Positions 20,155 through 29,863 of a stretch of DNA of 64,000 bases are shown piece after piece (within the stretch, counting starts at the first letter, position 1; each line of letters opens with the position of its first letter). The translations under genes and the position numbers were made by a program. The notes below the pieces were generated by a model. The model was not told where the DNA came from. It saw only the letters and a program-made list of their open reading frames with translations, and ran no database searches. The DNA is taken from positions 5,243-69,242 of the forward strand of contig CANHQZ010000006.1 of assembly GCA_947463125.1 (NCBI GenBank). Direction: 5' to 3'. The stretch is from Flavobacteriales bacterium. GTDB lineage: Bacteria; Bacteroidota; Bacteroidia; NS11-12g; UBA955.

Positions 20155-23100
20155 ATGAAAACCAAGCAATTGAAAAGTGTCCTGTTTGTGGCCACTGCCT
20201 TGTTGTCTGCTGCAGCTCATGCCAGACCTGTGGTGGGAACTTCAAGGATTCGTCCTACACAAAGCAACGACCAGCGTCTTGTCATGTTCGCAAATACCTG
20301 CGAGCCGGCCTCTACCAGTGCTGACCTTGATATAAACAACGTTAGGACCAAACTCCTTAACGGCGGTGATATGTGGTGGGATTTGAATAATCCCAAATAT
20401 GAAATTCCTAAGGTTACGGACCCCAATGCCGTGCGCAAGCATTCTCTGTTTTCCGGTGCCATTTGGATTGGAGGCAGGGATAACGGAGGCAGCTTAAAAC
20501 TGGCAGCCATGACCTACCGTCAGCGCGGATCAGACTTCTGGCCCGGACCGCTTGATACAACAACCGCGGCTACCGATCCTGTACGTTGTAAAAATTACAA
20601 CCGTATGTGGAAGGTTACCCGCGACGACCTGGAGCAGTTTGAAGAGAGTAAATTTATTTCTCAAACCAACGATATCCGCGAGTGGCCCGCTGGCAGAGAC
20701 CGCGCAACAAAGACCGGAAATGAAGCCCGTTACCTGGCACCATTTAAGGATATTGATAATGACGGCGTTTATGAGCCTGATTTAGGCGAACATCCTGTTC
20801 TTGACGAAAGACGTCCGGTAAGCGAAAATGGCGTTGACCGTCAGCCTGACATGTTCATTTGGTGGGTGTTTAACGACCGTGGCAATATTCACTCAGAAAC
20901 CCAGGGTCAGCCTATTGGTGTGGAATGTCAGACAACCGGTTTTGCATTTGCTACCAACGATGAAGTAAACAACATGACCTTTTACACAACCAAAATCATC
21001 AACCGCGGTTTCACTACCCTGAATGATTGTTACATGGGTCAGTGGGTAGATGCAGATTTGGGTAACTATGCAGATGATTATGTAGGCTGTGACGTAAACA
21101 GAAGCCTTGGCTATTGCTACAATGGTGATGATGACGATGAAGGTGTATTGGGTTATGGATTGAATCCTCCTACTATCGGTGTGGATTATTTTGAAGGTCC
21201 TACAGATACTGCAGGCAAGCAAATGGGATTGAGCCACTTTATGTATTACAATAACGATGCTGATCCCATTCGCGGTAACCCTGACCTGGCTCCAGAATTT
21301 TATAATCTGTTGCAGGGCAAATGGCTTGGTGGACAAACCGTTACCCGCGGCGGAACTGGATTTGGTGGCAGCCAGCCTGCCAAATATATGTTCCCCGATG
21401 ATACCGATCCGGATTACCTTGGAAGTAGCTGGACTGAAAAATCAAGCGGTAACAAGCCCGGTGATCGTCGTTTTATTCAAAGCACAGGTCCTTTTGAATT
21501 GAAAAGAGGGCAGGTTCAGCGCATTACCGTGGGCGTGGTTTGGGCAAGAACAACCAGTGGCGGTGCCCTCGGTTCTCTTAACTTGCTAAAACTCGCTTCA
21601 GACAAGGCTCAGACACTGTTTAACAATAACTTTAAAATCCTTGATGGACCAAATGCACCGGATGTCGAAATTCAAGAGTTAAACCAGCAACTGGTACTCA
21701 AACTGCTGAATACCGGCTCTGATAAGGTAGAAGCATACCAGGAAACGTATAAAGATGCGAATAACCAAACCAAAACATACAAGTTTGAGGGTTACATGAT
21801 TTATCAATTAAAGGATGGAACTGTTAATACCGGCGATCTTGAAAATATTGATAAGGCTCGTCTGTTGTTCCAATGTGATATCAAAAACAACAGAGCCCAA
21901 ATCATCAATAAAGTATTTGACCCAAAACTGGCAACCCTCATTCCTGTAGAAAAGGTGGACGGTGCCGACAAGGGCGTGCAGCATAGCTTCAGCATTAAAA
22001 CGGATTTATTTGCTACAGGTTCCAATACAGATTTGGTTGACTTCAAACCTTACTATTACATGATACTTTCGTATGCTATCATTTCGGATGATCCCCTACA
22101 GGTTGATCCTAACCAATTCTTGGCGGGTCGCAGAAATATTAAAGTTTACCGAGCAGTTCCGCATAAAACAGAACCCGAAAACTTTGGAACAGCGCTGAAC
22201 AGCAGTTACGGTAGCGGGCCTAAACTGACCAGAATTGAAGGTCGCGGTAATGGTGGAAACGTGCTCGAGTTTACCAAAGAAACCATCAATGAGATTCTGA
22301 ACAACGGCTTCAGCAACAACCCCACCTACATGGGTGGTATGGGCCCTGTTACTGTAAAAGTAGTTGATCCTTTGAAGGTTCCCAATGCAAAATTTGAGCT
22401 GTATTTCAAAGAGCGCACTGCTTCCAATGGAACATTGCTCCGCGATTCAATGACAGCCAATGCTTACTGGGTACTGGTAAATAAGACCACCGGCGACACC
22501 ATCGCAGGCGACACCACCATTGCTACCAAGTTTGAATCTCTTCAGGGCCGCCGCTTTGAAATCCCTGCCAAGGGAGCGAATCGGAGGGTGTTTAACAACG
22601 CCAATCCGGGTGTGACTATAGCAGACTGGGGTCTCAGTATCGAGATTAATCAGGTAAAAAATCCAGGTGAAAACGCAGAAGCTGATCCTTCAAATAGCAT
22701 GATTTCATGGTCTGTTGAATGGGAAGATAATGGCAAACAATGGCTCACTGCCGTTACTGATAATGACGCGCAAAGTACTGCCACCAGCGGTGCACTCTGG
22801 CAAAACTGGATTCGTTCCGGCACCAATGGTCGCGGTTCAACTTTCGATGGTCATCTGCATGACTTCACCGATGCCGGTGGAAACTCACTGGATCCGGGTC
22901 AGGCTTATGAAAGAATCTGGAACGGCCGTATAGCTCCTTATGCACTAGCTGCCCGTACTGCATTCAATCCGAGCAACGGCCGCAATACTTATGGTTTTGC
23001 CTGGGCAAGCAGTGGTACTACGGATAATCCAATGTCTGAGATTGCCAGCATCGAACTGGTGATTACCAAAGACAGAAGCAAATGGACCCGTTGTGCCGTA

Positions 23101-24066
23101 CTTGAAATGTCTGATGATGAAGTTAGAAACAGCAACGAAGGTTCAATCTACAAGTTTTCAATGCGTGCCGGCACATCCCGCGACCGCAATCTGAATCCTC
23201 AGTCTGGTAGCACCGGCCTCAGCTGGTTCCCCGGATATGCCATCAATATGGAAACAGGTGAACGCCTCAATATTGCCTTCAGTGAAGATAGCTATCTGGC
23301 TGGTGAAAATGGTCGCGATATGATATGGAACCCAACCGATCAGCTGTTCAACGACAATGGCAACTATCCCGCATTAGGTGGTAAACACTTCATTTACGTA
23401 TTCGGTACAGGTTTATCTATGACTAACCGTGCGATTAAAGGTGAACGCTACTTTGGAGAAGATGATGGTAACTTTAACCGTTTCCGCACAGGACTGGCAA
23501 ACGTGCCCACCGGAACTTTGGAAAAACGCCGTTTCCTGAGTCAGGCAATGTGGGTGATACCAACCTATATGGCTCCTGGTTACAGCATGACCAATGGTGT
23601 GCCGCCTACCGATGTGAAGTTCAAGATTAATATCCAGAAGGCGTATACAACTTTCAATACCGGAAGTACACTGAATAACAGCAGACCAATGTATTCTTTT
23701 GATGCTGCCGATATTGCACCAACTGTCAGCAAAGAGGTGGGTAAAAAGAGCCTGGATCTGGTAAATGTGGTTCCCAACCCATATAGGGCTTACAGTGAAT
23801 ACGAAAACAGCCCGATTGATACCAGAGTAAAAATCACCAACCTGCCGCCAACCTGTACCATAACCATTTATGATATGGCGGGTAATTTCATTCGCAAAAT
23901 CAGCAAGGCTGATGAAAAGACCTACTTCGAATGGGATTTGAAAAATGGCAGCAACGTGCCCATTGCGAGCGGTCTCTACCTGATTCACGTAAAAGCACCT
24001 GGACTTGGTGAGAAAATTGTCCGCTGGTACGGTATCATGCATGCCATAGATCTTGATACTTACTAA
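20155..24066 (+). CDS. Large secreted protein (about 1300 aa) with T9SS type-A-like C-terminal sorting domain
   Basis: Signal peptide MKTKQLKSVLFVATALLSAAAHA. C-terminus VVPNPY...ITIYDMAGNFIRKI...WDLKN...IASGLYLIHVKA fits the CTD/FlgD-Ig pattern. DIDNDGVYEPD is a Ca-binding-like loop. The remainder is unassigned. Confidence 0.6.
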   Translation: MKTKQLKSVLFVATALLSAAAHARPVVGTSRIRPTQSNDQRLVMFANTCEPASTSADLDINNVRTKLLNGGDMWWDLNNPKYEIPKVTDPNAVRKHSLFSGAIWIGGRDNGGSLKLAAMTYRQRGSDFWPGPLDTTTAATDPVRCKNYNRMWKVTRDDLEQFEESKFISQTNDIREWPAGRDRATKTGNEARYLAPFKDIDNDGVYEPDLGEHPVLDERRPVSENGVDRQPDMFIWWVFNDRGNIHSETQGQPIGVECQTTGFAFATNDEVNNMTFYTTKIINRGFTTLNDCYMGQWVDADLGNYADDYVGCDVNRSLGYCYNGDDDDEGVLGYGLNPPTIGVDYFEGPTDTAGKQMGLSHFMYYNNDADPIRGNPDLAPEFYNLLQGKWLGGQTVTRGGTGFGGSQPAKYMFPDDTDPDYLGSSWTEKSSGNKPGDRRFIQSTGPFELKRGQVQRITVGVVWARTTSGGALGSLNLLKLASDKAQTLFNNNFKILDGPNAPDVEIQELNQQLVLKLLNTGSDKVEAYQETYKDANNQTKTYKFEGYMIYQLKDGTVNTGDLENIDKARLLFQCDIKNNRAQIINKVFDPKLATLIPVEKVDGADKGVQHSFSIKTDLFATGSNTDLVDFKPYYYMILSYAIISDDPLQVDPNQFLAGRRNIKVYRAVPHKTEPENFGTALNSSYGSGPKLTRIEGRGNGGNVLEFTKETINEILNNGFSNNPTYMGGMGPVTVKVVDPLKVPNAKFELYFKERTASNGTLLRDSMTANAYWVLVNKTTGDTIAGDTTIATKFESLQGRRFEIPAKGANRRVFNNANPGVTIADWGLSIEINQVKNPGENAEADPSNSMISWSVEWEDNGKQWLTAVTDNDAQSTATSGALWQNWIRSGTNGRGSTFDGHLHDFTDAGGNSLDPGQAYERIWNGRIAPYALAARTAFNPSNGRNTYGFAWASSGTTDNPMSEIASIELVITKDRSKWTRCAVLEMSDDEVRNSNEGSIYKFSMRAGTSRDRNLNPQSGSTGLSWFPGYAINMETGERLNIAFSEDSYLAGENGRDMIWNPTDQLFNDNGNYPALGGKHFIYVFGTGLSMTNRAIKGERYFGEDDGNFNRFRTGLANVPTGTLEKRRFLSQAMWVIPTYMAPGYSMTNGVPPTDVKFKINIQKAYTTFNTGSTLNNSRPMYSFDAADIAPTVSKEVGKKSLDLVNVVPNPYRAYSEYENSPIDTRVKITNLPPTCTITIYDMAGNFIRKISKADEKTYFEWDLKNGSNVPIASGLYLIHVKAPGLGEKIVRWYGIMHAIDLDTY

Positions 24067-24072
24067 ACTTTA

Positions 24073-25188
24073 ATGAAAAACACAGTGAAAACTCAATATA
24101 TAGCAGCAATAACCATAGGCATGCTGGCAGGTGTTTCCGCCCTGCATGCAGGAAACCCTGAACGTCAAGGACAGGCTGGTGCCATGCAACTGACCATTAA
24201 CGGCTGGGCTCGCAGCAGCGGCTGGGGTTGGGCCAACGGTGGCGGAGTAAGTGGCGTAGAAGCCATGTACATGAACGCAGCCGGCCTAGACCGCAGTGCA
24301 AGCAGAACTGAACTGGCCTTTCACAGAACCCAATGGTTGGTAGGTTCCGGCATTGCCATCAATAATTTCGGATTTAGCCAGAAAATGGGTGAAGACGGAG
24401 ACAAAGGCACTTTCGGTGTAAGTGTAATGCAGTTTGGTATCAAACCCATCGAAATTACAACCGAGAGCAATCCTTATGGCGGGATAGGTACTTACCGTGT
24501 GAACATGACCAACATCGGTCTTGCATACAGCAAGTCATTCAGTAACAATATCTCGGCAGGCTTGGTTGTTAGGGCCGTCAATGAAGGTATTCCTGATGCA
24601 AGAGCCATGGGAATGAGCCTGGATGCGGGTGTACAGTACACCACAACCCTCAGACCTACGGCAAACAAAATCAAGCAGAATGACATTAAGTTTGGTGTAT
24701 CCATGAAAAACATCGGACCTGATATGCGTCACCAGGGTGATGGTCTTAGCTACAAAGCCATTATCTCCAATGGAGATTTTTCCAAGACCATGCAGCCCAA
24801 GGTGGACAAAATCAAGCTGCCATCGCTGCTGAATATCAGCGGATCCTATGACATCAGACTGGATAAAGACGCGGATGCCTACAACAACAAGCTTACCGTA
24901 GGATTTGGTTTCACCAACCATGCGTTCACGACCAACCAAACTACCCTGGGGCTTGAATACTCCTACAAGAACTTTATTTCTGTTAGAACAGCATTTGTTT
25001 ACCAGGAAGGGGCTTTTGATGAGGAAAACCGCACCAGCGCTTTCACAGGACTATGTGGTGGTTTAAGCTATGATATCAAGTCAAAATCCAATGTGATTTC
25101 TCTGGACTACAGCTATCGCGCTACCAATCCATTTGATGGTACCCATTCATTTGGACTGCGCATCGGACTTGGTGGCGGAGAAGACTAA
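24073..25188 (+). CDS. PorV/PorQ-like (FadL-fold) outer-membrane beta-barrel
   Basis: Signal peptide, then QAGAMQLTINGWARSSGWGWANGGGVSGVEAMYMNAAGL, which has the pattern of PorV/PorQ N-termini (ARs-G-G ... NpAgL). Alternating beta-strand pattern throughout. 371 aa. Confidence 0.5.
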   Translation: MKNTVKTQYIAAITIGMLAGVSALHAGNPERQGQAGAMQLTINGWARSSGWGWANGGGVSGVEAMYMNAAGLDRSASRTELAFHRTQWLVGSGIAINNFGFSQKMGEDGDKGTFGVSVMQFGIKPIEITTESNPYGGIGTYRVNMTNIGLAYSKSFSNNISAGLVVRAVNEGIPDARAMGMSLDAGVQYTTTLRPTANKIKQNDIKFGVSMKNIGPDMRHQGDGLSYKAIISNGDFSKTMQPKVDKIKLPSLLNISGSYDIRLDKDADAYNNKLTVGFGFTNHAFTTNQTTLGLEYSYKNFISVRTAFVYQEGAFDEENRTSAFTGLCGGLSYDIKSKSNVISLDYSYRATNPFDGTHSFGLRIGLGGGED

Positions 25189-25221
25189 GCACAAAACAGG
25201 ATTTATTATTAACTTTGCAGT

Positions 25222-25259
25222 GTTGCACCTTTGTAAAACATGGGTGCAACCTTTTTTTT
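25222..25259 (+). terminator. Rho-independent terminator after the three-gene outer-membrane operon
   Basis: GTTGCACC (25222-25229) pairs with GGTGCAAC (25243-25250), followed by cTTTTTTTT. Confidence 0.75.
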
Positions 25260-25271
25260 AAGAACAGACCC

Positions 25272-25745
25272 ATGAGCGAGATTCAATATTTTACCAAAGA
25301 AGGGCTTGAAAAAATCAAGCATGAATTGCATTTTCTGAAAACAGAAGAGAGAACCCGTATTACCCAGGCTATCGCTGAAGCAAGAGATAAAGGAGATCTT
25401 AGTGAAAATGCTGAATATGATGCAGCGAAGGAGGCCCAGGGACATCTGGAAGATAAAATCAGACAGATGGAAACGCTGATAGCCAATGCCCGCGTTATTG
25501 ACAGCTCTCAGCTGGATACAAGCAAGGTTTCCATTCTTTGCAAAGTAAAAGTAATGAATCACAATGTGGGTAAAGAGGCGGTTTACCAGCTGGTGAGTGA
25601 AACAGAAGCCAACCTGAAAGAAAACAAAATCAGTGTGAAGAGCGCGATTGGCGCAGGTTTACTGGGTAAGACCAAAGGGGAAGTGGTAGAGATTAGCGTT
25701 CCAGCAGGAAAAGTGAAACTCGAAATTCTGGATATTACCCTGTAA
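25272..25745 (+). CDS. greA: Transcription elongation factor GreA
   Basis: MSEIQYFTKEGLEKIKHELHFLK...AEARDKGDLSENAEYDAAKEAQ is the canonical GreA coiled-coil N-terminus. The track start at 25215 lies inside the terminator. Confidence 0.9.
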   Translation: MSEIQYFTKEGLEKIKHELHFLKTEERTRITQAIAEARDKGDLSENAEYDAAKEAQGHLEDKIRQMETLIANARVIDSSQLDTSKVSILCKVKVMNHNVGKEAVYQLVSETEANLKENKISVKSAIGAGLLGKTKGEVVEISVPAGKVKLEILDITL

Positions 25746-25748
25746 CCC

Positions 25749-26147
25749 ATGGCCAGTATCTTCAGCCGCATCGTTTCGGGAGAGATTCCCTGTCACAAAG
25801 TGGCCGAAACAGAACAGTTTCTTGCTTTTCTGGATGTGATGCCACTGGTGCACGGTCATGTATTGGTCATTCCTAAAAAAGAAACCGATTACATCTTTGA
25901 TCTTGAAACCGAGGAATACAAGGCCCTGTGGTCTTTTGCACAGGAAGTTGCAATAGGCCTGAAAAAAGCCATCCCCTGTAAAAGAATCGGAGTAGCCGTC
26001 ATTGGGCTTGAAGTGCCGCACGCACACATTCACCTCGTACCCATGAACGAAATTGGGGATATTAATTTTACCAGGGCCAAACTAAAACCCTCACAGGAAG
26101 AACTGGCGGCTGCCGCAGAAAAAATACGCACATATACTGCCGCTTAA
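25749..26147 (+). CDS. HIT-family (histidine triad) nucleotide hydrolase
   Basis: FSRIVSGEIPCHKV N-terminus and the histidine triad HAHIHLVP. Confidence 0.85.
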   Translation: MASIFSRIVSGEIPCHKVAETEQFLAFLDVMPLVHGHVLVIPKKETDYIFDLETEEYKALWSFAQEVAIGLKKAIPCKRIGVAVIGLEVPHAHIHLVPMNEIGDINFTRAKLKPSQEELAAAAEKIRTYTAA

Positions 26148-26160
26148 GGCATTGTTTTTT

Positions 26161-26168
26161 TATCTTTG
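26161..26168 (+). promoter_or_regulatory. Bacteroidota -7 promoter box (TAtcTTTG) for lgt
   Basis: TATCTTTG ends 4 nt before ATG 26173. Confidence 0.4.
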
Positions 26169-26172
26169 TTTC

Positions 26173-26955
26173 ATGTATCCCGAGATTTTTTCGCTGGGGC
26201 CGTTTACTGTTCAGGGATACGGTTTGATGATATTTATCGGGGTGATGCTTGGTTATGCATACATGTTGGCCAACCTAAAGCACCACGGTCTCAAATCAGA
26301 CGACGTAAGCGAGATGTTTCTTTGGTGCTTTGCATCGGTAATTGTGGGTGGCAAGTTATTTTTCTGGCTCGAAGACCCGGGTGCCTATGTGCGCGAACCT
26401 GAAAAGCTGTTCAAATCATTTGGAAATGGTTTTGTTTTTTACGGATCGTTTTTGGTTACTGTTCCTGTGCTTGTTTTCTGGTTTAAGAAGAAAAAAATTG
26501 ACCCATGGGTTGGTTTTGACTACGCGGGTATAGCCGGTGCGCTGGTGCATGCTTTCGGAAAACTGGGATGCCTGCTTGCGGGATGTTGCCATGGCAAAGT
26601 GAGTGAAGGTGCCAATGCGATTGTATTTACGAATCCAAACTGCCATGCTTCGCCCTTGAATACCCCGCTGTATCCTACCCAATTGTGGGATGCCATATTG
26701 TTGTTTACAGCTATCGGAATCATGGGATTAATGAAAAGAAAAAAATGGTTTGACGGTCAGCTTTTCTTAACCTATGGATTGGTTTATGCCATCGGCAGGT
26801 TTTTTACCGAGAAGTACCGTGGTGATGAAGAGAGGGGTTTTGTGCTGAACGGGCTGCTTAGTCACAGCCAGGCCATCGCCATTGCCGTATTCTCCGTTTG
26901 TTTGCTTATTTTTATCTGGCGCTACAATACTACCCGCAAAACGCATGCAGTTTAA
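26173..26955 (+). CDS. lgt: Prolipoprotein diacylglyceryl transferase
   Basis: MYPEIFSLGPFTVQGYGLM start, GKLGCLLAGCCHGK signature, YPTQLWD, and GRFFTEKYRGDE. Confidence 0.85.
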   Translation: MYPEIFSLGPFTVQGYGLMIFIGVMLGYAYMLANLKHHGLKSDDVSEMFLWCFASVIVGGKLFFWLEDPGAYVREPEKLFKSFGNGFVFYGSFLVTVPVLVFWFKKKKIDPWVGFDYAGIAGALVHAFGKLGCLLAGCCHGKVSEGANAIVFTNPNCHASPLNTPLYPTQLWDAILLFTAIGIMGLMKRKKWFDGQLFLTYGLVYAIGRFFTEKYRGDEERGFVLNGLLSHSQAIAIAVFSVCLLIFIWRYNTTRKTHAV

Positions 26956-28042
26956 ACAGGTTGCAGGACAATATTCGCTGAAAGCCAAGTTGGCTTCCAA
27001 CGCTGCCAGTGGCAGGGTGCCGCATGCTCAGCTGGTTTTGGGACAGTCCGGTGCCGGAAATTTACCCGTGGCACTGGCATTTGCATCCTATCTGCTATGT
27101 AAAAATCCCACACCGGAAGACAGTTGCGGTGTGTGTGATGCTTGCAGAAAAATGCAAACATTAACGCACCCGGATCTGCATTTTTCATTTCCGTTTCCAT
27201 CCTCGCTCGGAGATACCTGTGTAGATTTATACCCGCAGTGGCGAAAGGCATTGCAGGCTCAGCCCTACCTGAGCTATGAATCGTGGATGCGGCAGCTGAA
27301 TGCAGAAAACAAACAAGGCAATATACCCATTGATGAATGCCGCTCCATCATACGGAACCTTTCCATGAAGGCTTTTGAAAGCCGCTACAAAATATTGTTG
27401 CTTTGGCTGCCTGAATACCTGGGGAAGGAGGGCAATGTGCTGCTGAAGTTTCTCGAGGAACCGCCCCCGGATACCTTGTTTCTACTCGTATGCAGCCAGC
27501 CTGATAAATTGCTCAGTACCATTGTTTCACGTACCCAGCTTGTTCGTGTTCCGCCTATTGATGAGGATGACCTTGCTAATCACTTATCTGCTACCCTGGA
27601 AATCTCCCCTGAAGAGGCTTCCCGTTTCTCCATGATGTCGGGAGGGGATTTGCTCAAAGCTCTTGAGCTGGTGTCCAATGCTGAAAGTCCCTACATGGAA
27701 CCGTTTCGTCAGTGGATGCTGTATTGTTATAAAAACAATTTACATCAGTCTGCCAAATGGACAGAAGAGATCAGTGGAAAAGGCCGGGAATATATCAAAG
27801 GTTTGCTGCTGTATGGCATAGAAATTATGCGGGCTATTACCGTGATGGATTACCTCGGAGAGCGCAACGGACTCAACGAGAGCGAAAAAGAGTTTGTCTC
27901 AAAACTGGGCAAGCTGATGTCCCCCAAAAAAATAATCAGCATATTTGAGGCACTGGACGCAGCCGTTTATGAAGTTGAAAGAAACGGTAATATTAAAATG
28001 ATTTTTACCGATCTGTCTTTCAAAATAAGCAGGCTTTTTTAA
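26945..28042 (+). CDS. holB: DNA polymerase III delta-prime subunit
   Basis: GRVPHAQLVLGQSGAGNLPVALAFASYLLC, Zn module CGVCDACRKM...HPDLH, box LKFLEEPP and SRTQ. ATG 26945 overlaps the lgt stop by 11 nt. Confidence 0.75.
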   Translation: MQFKQVAGQYSLKAKLASNAASGRVPHAQLVLGQSGAGNLPVALAFASYLLCKNPTPEDSCGVCDACRKMQTLTHPDLHFSFPFPSSLGDTCVDLYPQWRKALQAQPYLSYESWMRQLNAENKQGNIPIDECRSIIRNLSMKAFESRYKILLLWLPEYLGKEGNVLLKFLEEPPPDTLFLLVCSQPDKLLSTIVSRTQLVRVPPIDEDDLANHLSATLEISPEEASRFSMMSGGDLLKALELVSNAESPYMEPFRQWMLYCYKNNLHQSAKWTEEISGKGREYIKGLLLYGIEIMRAITVMDYLGERNGLNESEKEFVSKLGKLMSPKKIISIFEALDAAVYEVERNGNIKMIFTDLSFKISRLF

Positions 28043-28118
28043 AATTATTTTCAAACGCAAGCAACCCATTGATACCGAAAATCTTCTTTAAGGTATTCAG
28101 GGTCTATGAAATACCTGC

Positions 28119-28664
28119 ATGGCATCATTGAATGCGGACATCACGGAGAGCGAACTGGTCAAGGCCTGTTTGGGCGGGGATACCCGGGCCCAGCAAGCGT
28201 TGTATCAAAAATACGCACCGGTAATGTACGCTATCTGCATGCGGTATTGCGGGTCTTCTGATAACGCCAAGGACATGTTGCAGGAATCCTTCATAAAGTT
28301 GTTTGAAAGTCTGGGTAAATTCAGATTTCAAGGCTCTTTTGAGGGCTGGGCAAAACGTATTGCCGTAACAACCTGTTTGGATTTTATAAAAAAACTAAAG
28401 CAGGAACCTTACACCGATGAGCTCGAAAACCATGTGGAGCTGGGTGCAGATGCATCCGTATTTCCCTCATTGGGAATGAAGGATTTGCTTGAGATATTAC
28501 AGACGCTGCCCGTGGGTTACCGCACCGTGTTCAACCTCTATGCTATTGAAGGGTACAACCACGGCCAAATTGCAGAGCTACTCGGTATCAGTGAAAACAC
28601 AAGTAAAACACAGCTATTTAAAGCCCGCAGAATTTTACAGTTAAAACTCAGCGGAAACAGATAA
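28119..28664 (+). CDS. ECF-type RNA polymerase sigma-70 factor
   Basis: Region 2 (LYQKYAPVMYAICMRYC...DMLQESFIKLF) and region 4 HTH (YRTVFNLYAIEGYNHGQIAELLGISENTSKTQLFKARRIL). Confidence 0.85.
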   Translation: MASLNADITESELVKACLGGDTRAQQALYQKYAPVMYAICMRYCGSSDNAKDMLQESFIKLFESLGKFRFQGSFEGWAKRIAVTTCLDFIKKLKQEPYTDELENHVELGADASVFPSLGMKDLLEILQTLPVGYRTVFNLYAIEGYNHGQIAELLGISENTSKTQLFKARRILQLKLSGNR

Positions 28665-28667
28665 ACC

Positions 28668-29723
28668 ATGACAAACGAACAAAATCCCATAGACGAATTG
28701 TTCCGAAACACCTTGAAAGACGGCGGACTGACACCTCCTCCGGGTGTGTGGGAAGCGGTATCTGCAGGGTTGCCTGCAGCGGCTGCCCCGGGATTGATAA
28801 CTGTCGTGGTTAAATCCGTATGGACCTGGGTGGTTGCGGGCTGTATTGTTGCCGGCGGACTGACAGCGGTTCTTTCGTCTGAAAAACAGCAACCCCCGGC
28901 AGGTGCGGCGCAAACAACCGAAACCGCTGTTGCTGAAATGCCTTCCAAGGCCGAAGTGACGGAGCAAGCCAAGCAAACCAAGCGCGTTCAGGAGTCAATG
29001 GCGCAGCAACCGTCACCGGAAAATCCATCAAATTCTGCAAACAGCGAGCAAGGCCACTCATCCGGCAAGACGCCAAAAACAGAGCATGGATCGGCGGCGG
29101 CAGTGAATGTGGGAAATGAACATGCGCCCCAACCGGTAGCTGAGCAGAAAACCTCCGTTCAGCTGATTGTGGAGGATCAAAACACCGGTACAATTCCTGC
29201 TTGCGGCAGAATTTTAAAAATTGCAGCTGCCAAGGCAGGCGACAATAACTGGTCTTTCAACATGCCTTCAGTGCCCTCCGGAGCTTACTGCTCCTGGAAT
29301 TTTGGCGATGGGGAGTCCGGAAATGGCAATTCGGTGCAGCACCAGTATGCCGATGTGAATGCAGAATATGAAGTGAAGGTGCTGGTTTTCAGGTCTGCAA
29401 GCTGCATGGATTCGGGTGTTTGCAGGGTTATAACGCGTCAGCTTCACAAAGGACTCAGTATTCCAGATGTAATTACGCCCAATGGTGACGGATTAAATGA
29501 TGAACTTGTGGTTACGCTGCCTGAAACCGTCCAATTCAGCATGATGGTGACGGACAGAAACGGCAAAAAAGTGTTTACGAGCAACAACCCTGCACAGCGC
29601 TGGAATGGAAAGTGTGCTTCAGAAGACTGTCCGTCAGGCAGCTACAAGGTGTTTATCAGCTACAAAACAACAACGGCAAAACAGGCCGTGACCTATACCA
29701 AAACCGTTATTTTAAAGAGATAA
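28668..29723 (+). CDS. Anti-sigma-like membrane protein with PKD-like domain and T9SS type-B (gliding-motility) C-terminal domain
   Basis: Starts 4 nt after the sigma gene. N-terminus IDELFRNTLKDGGLTPPPGVWEAV plus one TM (VWTWVVAGCIVAGGLTAVL). WNFGDGESG is a PKD block. The C-terminus IPDVITPNGDGLNDELVV...WNGK...GSYKVFISY is the type-B CTD pattern. Confidence 0.6.
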   Translation: MTNEQNPIDELFRNTLKDGGLTPPPGVWEAVSAGLPAAAAPGLITVVVKSVWTWVVAGCIVAGGLTAVLSSEKQQPPAGAAQTTETAVAEMPSKAEVTEQAKQTKRVQESMAQQPSPENPSNSANSEQGHSSGKTPKTEHGSAAAVNVGNEHAPQPVAEQKTSVQLIVEDQNTGTIPACGRILKIAAAKAGDNNWSFNMPSVPSGAYCSWNFGDGESGNGNSVQHQYADVNAEYEVKVLVFRSASCMDSGVCRVITRQLHKGLSIPDVITPNGDGLNDELVVTLPETVQFSMMVTDRNGKKVFTSNNPAQRWNGKCASEDCPSGSYKVFISYKTTTAKQAVTYTKTVILKR

Positions 29724-29826
29724 TATTAAAACAGCAGTAAAATATGGCAATGCATATGAACGCGATAAATCAGTCAAACAGCCAAAAAAATATCAGGGAA
29801 AATGTTGAAAATTCCCTCAAAAACGA

Positions 29827-29834
29827 TATTTTTG
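29827..29834 (+). promoter_or_regulatory. Bacteroidota -7 promoter box (TAttTTTG)
   Basis: TATTTTTG lies 29 nt upstream of ATG 29864. A GTTG sits 19 nt upstream as a weak -33 element. Confidence 0.35.
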
Positions 29835-29863
29835 AGGCTTCCCAAAAAAGGAAAACAAACATT

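Noticed and set aside
23413-24042. 209-aa minus-strand ORF inside the 1300-aa T9SS-CTD gene (also 30983-31708, 241 aa, inside the adhesin gene)
   Set aside because: They are antisense to long, signal-peptide- and CTD-bearing ORFs and have no independent start context or motifs.
20155-24066. Considered PorU (T9SS C-terminal signal peptidase), because a roughly 1300-aa gene directly precedes a PorV-like gene
   Set aside because: I could not find gingipain/C25-like catalytic His/Cys blocks or the characteristic PorU N-terminal pattern. It is left as an unassigned CTD protein.
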